In this document: piece after piece, positions 1 through 10,672 of the stretch
Layout: each line of letters opens with the position of its first letter
Numbering within the stretch: the stretch's first letter is position 1
Virus record (IMG/VR): IMGVR_UViG_3300026484_000087
Coordinates: 124,001 to 188,000 of that record
DNA: 64,000 nt
Strand: one strand, 5' to 3'
Translations under genes and position numbers: made by a program
Notes under the pieces: generated by a model
The model's database searches: none
Seen by the model: only the letters and a program-made list of their open reading frames with translations
What the model was told of the DNA's origin: nothing

Positions 1-6
1 AAGACT

Positions 7-735
7 ATGAATAGTACTGATAAGTTATCACTTGCTAAAAATGCTTTAAAGACATTGGATAAGAATAAATCAGTACTTGGTGGTAGTATTGGGTCTAAAA
101 ATATGACGGATGCTATATTCGGAGATTGTCCAGATATGCATGGTGCGTTCGGTCCAGATTCAGCATTCTTTGAAAGTTTATTCTTAGGTTTAAGTTTGGA
201 TATGGAATGTTCTGATGGACTTATAAGTGATTTATTGTCTGCTACAAATATTGGCGAGGTTACATCAGCTATAACTGGTGCATTAAGTAAGGTTGTTGGC
301 AATAGTAAAACTGGTTTAAAAGCTACAAATATGTTAAGCGAAGTTGGAGGAAAGGGTTTAAAATTTGGTTCTAATAATACAAGTATAGTTAGTGGTTTAA
401 TTTCTAAAACAGATTTGAATTCTAGTAAGAAACCAAAAGATGCATTCGGCTTAATAGATACTGCAGTGGGTAATACTGATAGTTATAACTTTAAAAATAA
501 TAAAGTAGCAACTGATGTGGCTGTAAAGAATTCATTGTCTAAAACTCCTGATGTAAATTTGGGAAGTAAACCATCTGAACCAAGTAAAAGCGATGTGCTT
601 AGCTCATATAGTAAAAATCCAGGTACTGGTCCAACGGTTGATGAGTATTGTAAAATGGGATGGTTCGGAAGAAAAACATCTGGTGCGACAAAATGCGTTA
701 AAGATGCTTGTGATGATATTGAAGAATTTGGATAA
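7..735 (+). CDS. hypothetical phage protein (possibly 5'-incomplete, at window edge)
   Basis: 242-aa ORF ending at a palindrome shared with the convergent gene. Confidence 0.6.
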   Translation: MNSTDKLSLAKNALKTLDKNKSVLGGSIGSKNMTDAIFGDCPDMHGAFGPDSAFFESLFLGLSLDMECSDGLISDLLSATNIGEVTSAITGALSKVVGNSKTGLKATNMLSEVGGKGLKFGSNNTSIVSGLISKTDLNSSKKPKDAFGLIDTAVGNTDSYNFKNNKVATDVAVKNSLSKTPDVNLGSKPSEPSKSDVLSSYSKNPGTGPTVDEYCKMGWFGRKTSGATKCVKDACDDIEEFG

Positions 736-760
736 TGGTATTAATAATCGTATGTAAATA

Positions 761-798
761 CTACTACACTGTATCATATATATGATACAGTGTAGTAG
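761..798. terminator. perfect 38-bp palindrome, probable bidirectional terminator
   Basis: CTACTACACTGTATCATAT|ATATGATACAGTGTAGTAG between convergent genes. Confidence 0.65.
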
Positions 799-810
799 CT
801 AATAAAAATC

Positions 811-2883
811 TTAATTTCTATCAGCTAGTGCTAATGAATGATCTGCAAGAAATCCACCAACATATCCCATAGAAAAATTACCTGTTCTAAATCCCCAATA
901 TGCAGGTGACATAACGCTATCAACACCATATTTTAATTTAGATAATCTCATTTTAGCTTTAGGAAGCGTATACATATCCGTTAAGAGGTCTCTAGAGGCT
1001 AAGGTAGATATATATCTACCAAATACACTATCATCGTCTATACCACTCTTAAAAGCCCCAAAAAGACTAGCGTCCACAGGAGCGACCATTAACTGGCTAA
1101 AATCAGTAATAGAAAATGATACATCCAACGCCAACGCTCTCTTTTGTTTATTAAAAGCTAGATTTGATGTCCCTCTAGTTATGCTTAGGTCTGTAATCAT
1201 ACCTAATTTAACATTATGTACTCCTTTAAGAAAAGCTTTACAGATAAATGGGGAAGTATATGAAGCTTTACCTGCAGCTAGTGGCAATGTTCCAGCCATA
1301 ATCATTGCTAATGGTATATAGATGTTCTGTATTTGAGATATAGTATTACCATATGGCGATATAAGTTTCATATTGTAAGTTAGTTTTGGCAAAGATGCTG
1401 AACTGTCTTCCCACATCTTTGGTATATCTATATAGGCTCCACCGAATAATGTCGGTATGATATTGCTTAATCCAAAAGACAAACTATCTAATGCTCCTGC
1501 TGCTAAATCTTTAGCTGCATTAACAACATTACCAACTCCATCAGCAACATTACCTCCTGCGAATGAGAAACTAGCCTGTCTTGCCCCCTTAGCTATGCTT
1601 TTAATCTTATCCCCAGCTGGTACATCTGTAACGCTATTACTAAAACTTTCAGTAACACTACCTACGTACTCTACTTTGAATATAGCATGACCACCACCAC
1701 CTTTTACCGCACTTTTAAAATATTCAGTGGCATTTGGTATCGGAGCATTCTTCTGTTCAGTTGCAGTTGTTTTATATGTACCATCTCTTAAGGCTTGTAG
1801 TTCTTTTGGGTCCTGTTTAGTTGCTGGTGTAGGATCATCTTCTTTACCTTTCTTTTCATCACCATTAAATAAATCCCCAGCACTTGTAAGAACATCCTGT
1901 AACCATGATGTAAAATCATTATCTGGTTCTTTTATTATTGGACCAGTAACAGCCTGATGAAAACTTTCTTCATCGCTAAATGACTCATGTGCTAAACGTT
2001 GTAATTCTAATTGTCTATTAGCCATTAATTGTGCTCTTGTAGCTATAGCAAAAACATCTATGTAATTATCATCACCTATTATGTCTGGCATTAGTTTATG
2101 CATCTCAGCCATATCAGCCTGGTTTATTCTAACAGGAACACCTATTTGTCCCTCACCGCCACCTGGCATAAATTCTGGTATTAAAACTCCCAATTCCGTG
2201 GCCATACTACTTACAATAGTATTAACCGTTGCCCAATAAGTATGCATTGTTGGATTTAAATAATAAAAGTTAAAAGAGTCGTCACCAAGTATTACATTCT
2301 TTAATCCTTTTAACATCCAGATGCTAACACTAATTACAGGTAACATTAAGAAAACAGCAACATTTCCAACTACTTTACCGAGATCATACCATATCGGACT
2401 TCTACCAGTAGAAGCAACAATTGTTGTTTTATAATCCATACTTCTTGTAAAGAATGTAAATAAACTATTAAATTTGGGAACGCCAAATTCTAGATAAAGA
2501 TTTTGTTCATTATCATCTATAGCTTCTGAGTAATATCTACCCATCCCTATGTTTCCTTTGGTAGGTAAAGTAACCTCATTTCTATCCATACGCCTACCCT
2601 GTACTCTAATATCGGCATATCTTGTAAACTGCGGTTTACTATTTATTCCTATATTACCACCCATGCTTGTATCTGTAAATTTTATATCAGCACTACTAAA
2701 GTATCTATTCTTAGCATGTAATGGATCCAGATCAGCCCCTGAAATCATGAATACAGATTTAATCCATGATCTATCTATTTTATCAACTTTATCATTAATA
2801 TTTTTATTAGCAGTATTATTTTTAAATATAACCTTATCTTCCAGGGTTATTAATTTTGAATATTCAATTGGTTTTTTTGCCAT
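811..2883 (-). CDS. virion structural protein (phiKZ gp174-like)
   Basis: 690 aa; DTSMGGN..IN..PQFTRYADIR, GMGRYYSEAIDD and IDIPKMW motifs; adjacent to the prohead protease. Confidence 0.7.
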   Translation of the reverse strand: MAKKPIEYSKLITLEDKVIFKNNTANKNINDKVDKIDRSWIKSVFMISGADLDPLHAKNRYFSSADIKFTDTSMGGNIGINSKPQFTRYADIRVQGRRMDRNEVTLPTKGNIGMGRYYSEAIDDNEQNLYLEFGVPKFNSLFTFFTRSMDYKTTIVASTGRSPIWYDLGKVVGNVAVFLMLPVISVSIWMLKGLKNVILGDDSFNFYYLNPTMHTYWATVNTIVSSMATELGVLIPEFMPGGGEGQIGVPVRINQADMAEMHKLMPDIIGDDNYIDVFAIATRAQLMANRQLELQRLAHESFSDEESFHQAVTGPIIKEPDNDFTSWLQDVLTSAGDLFNGDEKKGKEDDPTPATKQDPKELQALRDGTYKTTATEQKNAPIPNATEYFKSAVKGGGGHAIFKVEYVGSVTESFSNSVTDVPAGDKIKSIAKGARQASFSFAGGNVADGVGNVVNAAKDLAAGALDSLSFGLSNIIPTLFGGAYIDIPKMWEDSSASLPKLTYNMKLISPYGNTISQIQNIYIPLAMIMAGTLPLAAGKASYTSPFICKAFLKGVHNVKLGMITDLSITRGTSNLAFNKQKRALALDVSFSITDFSQLMVAPVDASLFGAFKSGIDDDSVFGRYISTLASRDLLTDMYTLPKAKMRLSKLKYGVDSVMSPAYWGFRTGNFSMGYVGGFLADHSLALADRN

Positions 2884-2925
2884 AGTAAATCCTTATTTTA
2901 TGGTATATCAATTAAATGTAGCTAT

Positions 2926-2957
2926 CATAACTACTGGTATTTAAACCAGTAGTTATG
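2926..2957. terminator. 13-bp-stem hairpin
   Basis: CATAACTACTGGT-ATTTAA-ACCAGTAGTTATG directly after the protease stop codon. Confidence 0.6.
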
Positions 2958-3728
2958 TTACCAATTATGCAGTATACAGCTATTGTCTTTTTTACAATCA
3001 AATAGATCTATAACTGATTGTAACATTTCTCTACTGTCTTCAGTAGCAACATTTTCATCCTCTTTTAAACTCTCACTTATCTCATTCTTTGTTTGGTTAT
3101 CATCTAAATCAATAGATAATAAATCAAGGGATTCAATACTCAAGGTTTTATATTTAGTAGCATGTTTTATGCCAGGTTCTATAACAAAATCCCATGTAAC
3201 CACTTGACTAAGGGTTTTAACCACTACACCATTTATAATAACATCTTTAGTTAAAGATCTTATAGAGAATGCAACATTAGCATCACTGTCCTCAAGTAGT
3301 TCTTTTAAGAACTCAGCTTTAGGACCATTAGGTTTTACTTTGCCCTTTATAAGAACTAAATTCTCATTACTACCTGGTTCTTTCTCATTAGTTTCTTCTA
3401 ACCAGATTTCTTTTATGTGTGCACATACGTTCTCTGGATTTATAGTTAAGATTCTAGTCATATAATCATTCATCGTCATAGATGGCTGCTTCTTAGGATG
3501 ACCTACTTCAGCTTTTAAAAAACCATTCTTAATTCTACGCATAAGTATAGAACTGCTTTCAAATAATTGTCTGGCACCATCTAATTTGTAGAAAGCCCCA
3601 GCGGAGTTAAAAGTATTTAACGCCCCAAGGTTAATTGTATAGTAACCATCAGCATCTACTTCTAAATCTTTATTCTTTATATTTTTAGTAGTTTTGATAC
3701 TACTAAAAACTATTTTATTATTACCCAT
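2958..3728 (-). CDS. prohead protease (phiKZ gp175-like)
   Basis: GYYTINLGALN, EVGHP (His), AFSIRSLT (Ser) and TWDFVIEPGI motifs; C-terminal SIE/ATE candidate autocleavage sites. Confidence 0.85.
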   Translation of the reverse strand: MGNNKIVFSSIKTTKNIKNKDLEVDADGYYTINLGALNTFNSAGAFYKLDGARQLFESSSILMRRIKNGFLKAEVGHPKKQPSMTMNDYMTRILTINPENVCAHIKEIWLEETNEKEPGSNENLVLIKGKVKPNGPKAEFLKELLEDSDANVAFSIRSLTKDVIINGVVVKTLSQVVTWDFVIEPGIKHATKYKTLSIESLDLLSIDLDDNQTKNEISESLKEDENVATEDSREMLQSVIDLFDCKKDNSCILHNW

Positions 3729-3737
3729 ATCAGCTCC

Positions 3738-4469
3738 TTAAGCTTTTATCATGTCTTCAACAGCATTTGATTCTGTTTCTTTATTAACTAGTGCACTAGT
3801 TATACCATCTTTAAAATAACTACCAGATAACTTGGACATTGTACTAGTAAAACTATAGTAAATGTTAAGTAATGCGATATATGCAGGCATATTCTTTTTC
3901 ATAGCATTTATATCTTTAGATAGTTTTCTATATAGCATAGTTTTATCATCTTTGTTTCTAGCTACAATAGAAGCTAATAGTTCCATACCTAATGGATTGT
4001 CTCCTATGCTTGTACCAGCATATTTGCTAGATAGTTTAAATAGATTAGAAACATCTTCATAATTTAAGAACCATGGTATATTACCATGTATTAAAAATTC
4101 ATCGAATAAATCATAAATATTACCATTACGAATTATAAGATTAACATTATGTGTAAAGATATCACCTTTTGAAAACTCTAATACTATATACTCTTTTCCA
4201 TCAATAAGAACTTCATCGGTCATGTTTGGACTAAGCTCTATACTTACAGGAGCGTTAACAACAGCATAGTTATTATTTTCATCAATTATAGCATATATAG
4301 ATAATACTGTTACAGTATCACCCATAATAGCTAATTTTTTATTTATGTATCTAGATGGAAACATAACTATTATATTTTCTTTTGTAACCATACCGCCATT
4401 AGTTTCTTTAAAATAAGATCTAACAATATCAGGTTTTCTTTTTAAATTTTTAGTTATGTATGTGTTCAT
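3738..4469 (-). CDS. conserved virion-associated protein (phiKZ gp176-like)
   Basis: 243 aa; GNIPWF motif; lies between the protease and the RNAP gene. Confidence 0.6.
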   Translation of the reverse strand: MNTYITKNLKRKPDIVRSYFKETNGGMVTKENIIVMFPSRYINKKLAIMGDTVTVLSIYAIIDENNNYAVVNAPVSIELSPNMTDEVLIDGKEYIVLEFSKGDIFTHNVNLIIRNGNIYDLFDEFLIHGNIPWFLNYEDVSNLFKLSSKYAGTSIGDNPLGMELLASIVARNKDDKTMLYRKLSKDINAMKKNMPAYIALLNIYYSFTSTMSKLSGSYFKDGITSALVNKETESNAVEDMIKA

Positions 4470-4477
4470 AGACCAAC

Positions 4478-5800
4478 CTAGATTATTTCTATCTGAGTTA
4501 ACAAATAATCTACTAGTAGATCAACACTTGCATACTTAGCAGCTTTCTCTGGAGTCAATGATGGATCCATTTTAGAGTAGCTTTTCATATATCCAATAAA
4601 ACTTGAAGCATTTGTTTCATGATACATAACATCACATACAAATTCCTCTACAATAGCGTTAACATCAAAAAGATCCATATAGTTCTTTTCATTCATGAAC
4701 TCAATTATAATCATGCCAATATTGTCTAGCAGTGTCTCATTAACTTTAGATTTACTAGCCGTATCCATAAAGTTAGTAACTACATTTTGAATACCTAATC
4801 TATAAGCCATTCTGTATTGTTCTAAAGTGGCCATTTTGTTTTTCATTGTTTCTGCACTAACATATTTGTTCCACTCTTTAAGATAAGTTTCTTTATTGTT
4901 GGTAAGAGTAGTCATTCCTGCTGTTTTAGCACCAGCTAATACTGCACCATATATAACTTCAGGTTCTCCACCATTATTAAGGAATTTATCATAAGCTTCT
5001 TTAACTACAACTATAGTTTTTAAAGTATCTGCTTTAAGGATAACTTTCCCTATTTTAGCATTTGAGTTTATAAGTTTAACTAGATTACTAATCTTAGCAT
5101 CTAAAACGATGTTTAAGGTACCTATAACGTCATTATACATACCAGCAGTAGCTCTAACGCCTGTAGGCATTTCATGTATAAGATTCTTAGCTATGATAGA
5201 AAGAACAAAAAGATCTAAAGCATATCTCCCATCAGTTACTTTTGTACCAAGACCAATATAACTTGTATTGTCTGCAGTTATTCTATTTAAATATGTAGTC
5301 CATATTCTTTTAAGATCTGCATCAGAGATAGTCATAGCAAAATCTTTAACCATTTTATCCATTTGACCACCACCAGCTTTAATGTATGATCTAATAACTT
5401 CTACTTCAGGAGTAGGCAAAAGAACAGCATTATTACTAAGCTTAGTATTCATAACGCCATTTATATTAATGATGTTTCTACTAATAAGTTCCTCAATAAC
5501 TTCAGGAACTTCAGCAGTAATAATATTGATATCTGTAAATAAAGATTTGTTTATTTTATCACCAAGAATAGTGTTTACCTCTTTACCAAACTCTTTCATA
5601 ACTGGAATGATAGAATCTTTAATATAACTAACTTCATTTCCAAGTACGTTAGCAAGTTTAACATCTATACCCTGAAAATCGCTTCCTTGTATACCATAAA
5701 CAGGATTTATGCTACTAAGAATACTACCAGCATATACATTTATCGTTTGATTATTTTTTGTAAGCTCAGCAGCTACGTTTTTAATAATTTCATTACCCAT
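4478..5800 (-). CDS. conserved protein (phiKZ gp177-like by synteny)
   Basis: 440-aa ORF with RBS; assignment rests on position. Confidence 0.55.
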   Translation of the reverse strand: MGNEIIKNVAAELTKNNQTINVYAGSILSSINPVYGIQGSDFQGIDVKLANVLGNEVSYIKDSIIPVMKEFGKEVNTILGDKINKSLFTDINIITAEVPEVIEELISRNIININGVMNTKLSNNAVLLPTPEVEVIRSYIKAGGGQMDKMVKDFAMTISDADLKRIWTTYLNRITADNTSYIGLGTKVTDGRYALDLFVLSIIAKNLIHEMPTGVRATAGMYNDVIGTLNIVLDAKISNLVKLINSNAKIGKVILKADTLKTIVVVKEAYDKFLNNGGEPEVIYGAVLAGAKTAGMTTLTNNKETYLKEWNKYVSAETMKNKMATLEQYRMAYRLGIQNVVTNFMDTASKSKVNETLLDNIGMIIIEFMNEKNYMDLFDVNAIVEEFVCDVMYHETNASSFIGYMKSYSKMDPSLTPEKAAKYASVDLLVDYLLTQIEII

Positions 5801-5819
5801 AATTTAAAATCCTTATTTT

Positions 5820-6032
5820 TTAGTTTTGTACTAAACTATTTTTTAGTTTAAGTGCAACTATATTGCTTATAGTGCTAGTATTTTCCTCAAGTTCAGATAT
5901 ATTTGTTGGATTGTGAAATATATCGCTTCTATCAGAAGACATTTTATTAACAGTACTTGTAGCGATGGCATGTATCGCCTTTAACATAACTTCATTTTTT
6001 GTGCCGTGAGCACTAACCTTTGATACAGTCAT
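5820..6032 (-). CDS. small hypothetical protein
   Basis: 70 aa; AAGGA RBS upstream. Confidence 0.6.
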   Translation of the reverse strand: MTVSKVSAHGTKNEVMLKAIHAIATSTVNKMSSDRSDIFHNPTNISELEENTSTISNIVALKLKNSLVQN

Positions 6033-6104
6033 TTATTATCCTTTTTTTAATAGCATTTCAATAAAATGCGTAAGCTAGGGCAGTAAGCCCCAACTAAGTT
6101 AGTA

Positions 6105-9100
6105 TTATTTAAAATACATCTCAACAGCCCTATCTCTAAGGAGATCTAAGACGGTATTAGTGGTACCAATAATATTTGGGCTATTCACTATTCTGGCAGC
6201 GATGCTTCTTGTGCTGAATAAAGCCTCTACATCCCTACCACTTTCAGTTTTGATATCGTAATCATAAACATCACCTACTGTAGATTTCAATTGATTTGCT
6301 ATAACGGCTTTATCACCTATGCCCATACCAACATTATCTTTAATGCTTATTTTTATTTCTACGTTACCTTCAGTTAATGGTTTACCTTTTATAGAGTAAC
6401 TACTATTTACTTTACCAGTTAAAGAGCTGTTAAGGTTATCTTTACCTAAATCTTTATCAGTCTTATCGGTTATCTCTTTTATACTTTTACTCATATCTTC
6501 TTTTTCGCAATTATAATAAACAACTATCTTAGTTATAACTCCTCTCATTTTAGCTTTAGGACTTCTGTTCTTTATATTTTGTAATATAGATAAAGATTCT
6601 TTATCTAATTTAGAATCAGTTCCTGGAACTAGATTATCAGATATTGTAAATAATAAATCATTTGGTTCTACTTTATCACCGATATTAAGTAAGTTTATGA
6701 TATTATCACTAGCTTTAACTATAAAACTTTTTGATTTAATTATAGACGTACCCAATTTATCGGATATTTTTTTGGAGATAGTACATGAATCTTCATATGT
6801 TTCAGTATTCTCCATCAAAGCTACTTTAATAGTATTACCTGTTTTATAGATAACTCTTGTCTTATCGAAGATATCTGGTTCGAAGAAATGTTTATCGTAA
6901 GATATGGTATTACCTTTTTTAAACTTATCACCTTTATCTAAATCAGTTATAAGTATATGTTCATAAGATACTCCTGCCTCTTCTTTAGTAAACCAAGATC
7001 CAAGTTTAACTGTTTTCTTCTTACCATTTTTAAAGATAATTTTTATATTACTTTTACTAACAGATTCTACTACTCCATCATCTTCGGCCATGTAACAGTA
7101 GTTCTCATCTAGTCTATACGGCAATACAGCTTCATAACCTGTTCTAACTGGTGGAACTCTCATTTCATTTATAGCTATACTATGGCTGTTTTGAATATTA
7201 ACAAAGTTAAGTCTTTTAGGATCGTCACTTGTACTAGCTGGTGCTAATAAGCCACTTGTGCTTAAGTAGTTATCAGGTTTAAGATCCTTCTTTTCAGTAT
7301 CAACCATACCTCTAACAGTTTTTATCTTTGGATTAGCAGACATATATGCAGAAACACCAACATCACCACTGTCCTTAACTCCTTCAGATATAACACCTAT
7401 CTCACTGCTGTGTATAACCCTTGTATCCATAGACATTGATTCTTTAGATCTACCTCCAGAACCAAGGTAAGTAACATCCTCATTTTGTTTAAGACTAGCT
7501 ATTGGATTAAGATTATCTACTAGTGCAGAAGTACTATCATTATTTATATCTCTCCATACTGCATAAGGATCCATAATCAACTTTGATTTAGAGAAAACAT
7601 TTTTATTTTCATATTCTCTAATGCTCTTAACTAATTCAGTATATAACATACCAGAAACTCTTTCATAACCTTTTATAAGCATACCATTAGCGTTATTTGG
7701 ATCTATATAGTTGTTGTCTAGTAATAATTCAGATGCTTTTATAAGTAATCCTTTAAAAGTTTCTGGTTCCTTCATTGTGTTAAGTATAGACTTGGTTACA
7801 GGATCTACGAACATGTTTTCCATAAGTTTAATTTCAGTAACATATAGAGGAGGGAGGTTCATACTGTTAAACAGCACTGGAAAGTACTCTCTTTTATTTA
7901 AAAGAACTAACTCTATATCCTTAGTATAGTTTCTTAAACCAGCAATACCTGCCAATATCATTGTAGCTAGTTTATCACTCTTATTTAAAATAACCTTTTT
8001 ATCTTTAAAGGTTAACATATATTCATCATCGGTTAACTGATAACGTTTAGTTCTATCCATTATAACATGTTTTGCTTTTAATAGTTTTAATAAATTGGTA
8101 AAACCAATATAATAAGATAAAAGTATTGCAACCGGTATTCTCTTTTTAAAGATCTTTATAAATGCCGCTTCTATAGGCATATTGTTTTTATTTATGTTAA
8201 GTTGTGTATAAATATCATCCATAGGTTTCTTTTTACTTCCACTACCTATATAAAGGTTATTATCGAAATCCATATAGATTAACTCCATACTATTTTCAAC
8301 TCTACCAACTAGTACATATTTATCTTTTTCTTCAAGAATACTAAGTAGGGTTTTTATATCCGACTTAAGTTCAGCTCTATTCTTATAATCAAAACTATAT
8401 TTTATATTTCCAAGTTTAAACATTTTAACATATCTACTTATCTCAGAATATAAATTAGGTAATTTAAAATCCATTAATTTAACTGGCATTAGAACAACAT
8501 TTTTTATTTTTTTATTTGTTTCACTAGCTTCTATAAGTTTCTTTCTAAACCAAAAACCAACATCATCTTTTTTCATATCAGCTTTAGTAACGAATGATTT
8601 ACCAAAATAAGATGTAAGTGCCACTTTATTGTAGTCTATTTTTCTTATTGGTTTATCTGTACGTTGTTTTCTAAGCTTATACGTATTGCCGGATACAGTA
8701 AACTCACCATTTTCTTTTATAACTGGTAGGTTAAAGAATATTTTAGATGGCTTACCAGATAAGGGTTTAACCATTATAGTATGTGTTTCAACCCCACCTA
8801 GAATAGATTCAGTTGTTTCAACAGTATGGTCTTTTATAACAATATCATTGTTTTGTATACTATAGATAGTTGCAAGTATATCCTTCTTATAAACAGTATT
8901 TATATAATGTTTATCCATAGCTTTAATTGGGTCTTTAAGCATATCTTTATTTTCTATAATATTTATATCTGGTATATCTCCAAGATCCTTAGGTACCTCT
9001 AAATCTGCTTCAGTTATGCTAAGCATCTCCTTCAATGTAGCTTCATTGCCATATGGGGACTTAGCTGTTTCCTGATAATTTAATGCATCATCTATATCGT

Positions 9101-10292
9101 CTTTTTCTTTTTTAGTTATAAGTTTACTTTCTTTTAGTTTTTCAGCCCTTTCTCTAAGAGTTTTATTGCTGTCCATTTTTTCATTTATAACATCATTTAT
9201 GCTTTTATAAGTGCTTTCTATGTCATCCATTAATTCATTAGATTCATCATCATCCATAAGATTATCAGATAACTTATCATAATTGATATCTTTGTCTCCT
9301 TCTAAATCATCAAGAACCTCATTAACATCTACTTTCTTAATATCACTATCATCATTATCTGTTAGTTTTGTAATATCTATTGTATTTATAACATTCTTAC
9401 TGTTTCTAAGTTCACCTATAGACATTGCACCATTTACCATAATGCTTTTAATATATATTAGAAATAGTTTTCTAATTGTTTTACTGTCATTATCTTGTAT
9501 GTTTGTTTTTACATCATATTCCTTAACAGTAGACATTAAAGTCTTAAGATTTAATAAAGTTAACTTATTATTAAAAGAAAATATAAATGTTATGTTTTCT
9601 AATGTTGAATTCTTTATACTCCCAAAAAGGCTATCTTTAAATAACCTAGGTGTAAGCAATTTATAAAACTCTAATATTGTTAAGTGTTTATACGTTGGAA
9701 AGTAGTCTAAAACTTTGTGGTTCTCTATACTGCTATATGTTTCAAATTTACTTCTAGTCGGTAAGTTAGATGGCAACTCTATTAGAACATATGTATGTCT
9801 ACCATTATGTGCTAGATTATTAAAACTATCAGTCATTGTTTTAAACGCATTTCTCCATTTATAATATTCTACCATAGGATTAGCTACATATTTATTAACA
9901 GCAGTTATTACCCCATAGTTATATATAACTAATGTGTTCTTAGGAACTTTAAGACTTCTAACCCCTACAGGTATAAACTTAACATCAGTATTCTTCTTTT
10001 TCATTTTATTTATAATTTGCTTAACTAAACTATGCTTAGCATTTATTTTACCAATAGGCGAACTATATTCAAATTTGGTAACTACCGCTGGTTTCTTAAC
10101 ATTGGATAGATATCCTATACTAGTATTTGGACTAATAGCTAAATCACTAAGTTTAAACCATAATAGTTCAGAACCTTTTGGAAAGAACATTTCTGTATCC
10201 ATTACTATATTTGGATTTAAGAATTGATTAATCTTACGTAACCCAATGTCTTTATATAATTGATCATGGTTCATGATTATATTCCTTTTCAT
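6105..10292 (-). CDS. virion RNA polymerase beta-like subunit (phiKZ gp178-like)
   Basis: 1395 aa; G.GGRS, DSGDVG, SDDPKRLNFVNIQNSH, ETYEDS and GIGDK..IANQLKS beta-subunit motifs. Confidence 0.92.
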   Translation of the reverse strand: MKRNIIMNHDQLYKDIGLRKINQFLNPNIVMDTEMFFPKGSELLWFKLSDLAISPNTSIGYLSNVKKPAVVTKFEYSSPIGKINAKHSLVKQIINKMKKKNTDVKFIPVGVRSLKVPKNTLVIYNYGVITAVNKYVANPMVEYYKWRNAFKTMTDSFNNLAHNGRHTYVLIELPSNLPTRSKFETYSSIENHKVLDYFPTYKHLTILEFYKLLTPRLFKDSLFGSIKNSTLENITFIFSFNNKLTLLNLKTLMSTVKEYDVKTNIQDNDSKTIRKLFLIYIKSIMVNGAMSIGELRNSKNVINTIDITKLTDNDDSDIKKVDVNEVLDDLEGDKDINYDKLSDNLMDDDESNELMDDIESTYKSINDVINEKMDSNKTLRERAEKLKESKLITKKEKDDIDDALNYQETAKSPYGNEATLKEMLSITEADLEVPKDLGDIPDINIIENKDMLKDPIKAMDKHYINTVYKKDILATIYSIQNNDIVIKDHTVETTESILGGVETHTIMVKPLSGKPSKIFFNLPVIKENGEFTVSGNTYKLRKQRTDKPIRKIDYNKVALTSYFGKSFVTKADMKKDDVGFWFRKKLIEASETNKKIKNVVLMPVKLMDFKLPNLYSEISRYVKMFKLGNIKYSFDYKNRAELKSDIKTLLSILEEKDKYVLVGRVENSMELIYMDFDNNLYIGSGSKKKPMDDIYTQLNINKNNMPIEAAFIKIFKKRIPVAILLSYYIGFTNLLKLLKAKHVIMDRTKRYQLTDDEYMLTFKDKKVILNKSDKLATMILAGIAGLRNYTKDIELVLLNKREYFPVLFNSMNLPPLYVTEIKLMENMFVDPVTKSILNTMKEPETFKGLLIKASELLLDNNYIDPNNANGMLIKGYERVSGMLYTELVKSIREYENKNVFSKSKLIMDPYAVWRDINNDSTSALVDNLNPIASLKQNEDVTYLGSGGRSKESMSMDTRVIHSSEIGVISEGVKDSGDVGVSAYMSANPKIKTVRGMVDTEKKDLKPDNYLSTSGLLAPASTSDDPKRLNFVNIQNSHSIAINEMRVPPVRTGYEAVLPYRLDENYCYMAEDDGVVESVSKSNIKIIFKNGKKKTVKLGSWFTKEEAGVSYEHILITDLDKGDKFKKGNTISYDKHFFEPDIFDKTRVIYKTGNTIKVALMENTETYEDSCTISKKISDKLGTSIIKSKSFIVKASDNIINLLNIGDKVEPNDLLFTISDNLVPGTDSKLDKESLSILQNIKNRSPKAKMRGVITKIVVYYNCEKEDMSKSIKEITDKTDKDLGKDNLNSSLTGKVNSSYSIKGKPLTEGNVEIKISIKDNVGMGIGDKAVIANQLKSTVGDVYDYDIKTESGRDVEALFSTRSIAARIVNSPNIIGTTNTVLDLLRDRAVEMYFK

Positions 10293-10427
10293 TATATTAA
10301 TATTTTCAATTAAATCACAGTAGTATAACCTTTATTTAAATAAAAAATAAAAAAGAGTACATTAGGTGAAATAAATACTTTTGGTTTATAAATAAAATAT
10401 AAACGGGTTCACTATGCGATTAATTCG

Positions 10428-10560
10428 TAGCTTTTCTCAATTGTAGTACAAATCCTTTTAAATAAGGAAGCCTATACTAAGACCAATGACTTTTTCATTG
10501 GAGGTAGGTAACTGTAGCGACGGTAGGAGATAGAGTGTGTACTATAATGAGTTATAGCTA
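10428..10560 (+). ncRNA. candidate structured non-coding RNA
   Basis: Closing stem TTGTAGTACA/TGTACTATAA encloses three hairpins; the wobble pairs read G-U only on the + strand; no ORF. Confidence 0.4.
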
Positions 10561-10672
10561 ATAGAAGAAAGAAAATATTAATTATATGTATAAGGGGGGC
10601 GTTAGCCCCTAATAATAGAAAAAAATATAATTTCTATCTTAGTTATATCAATGATAAAAAAATAAGGATAGA

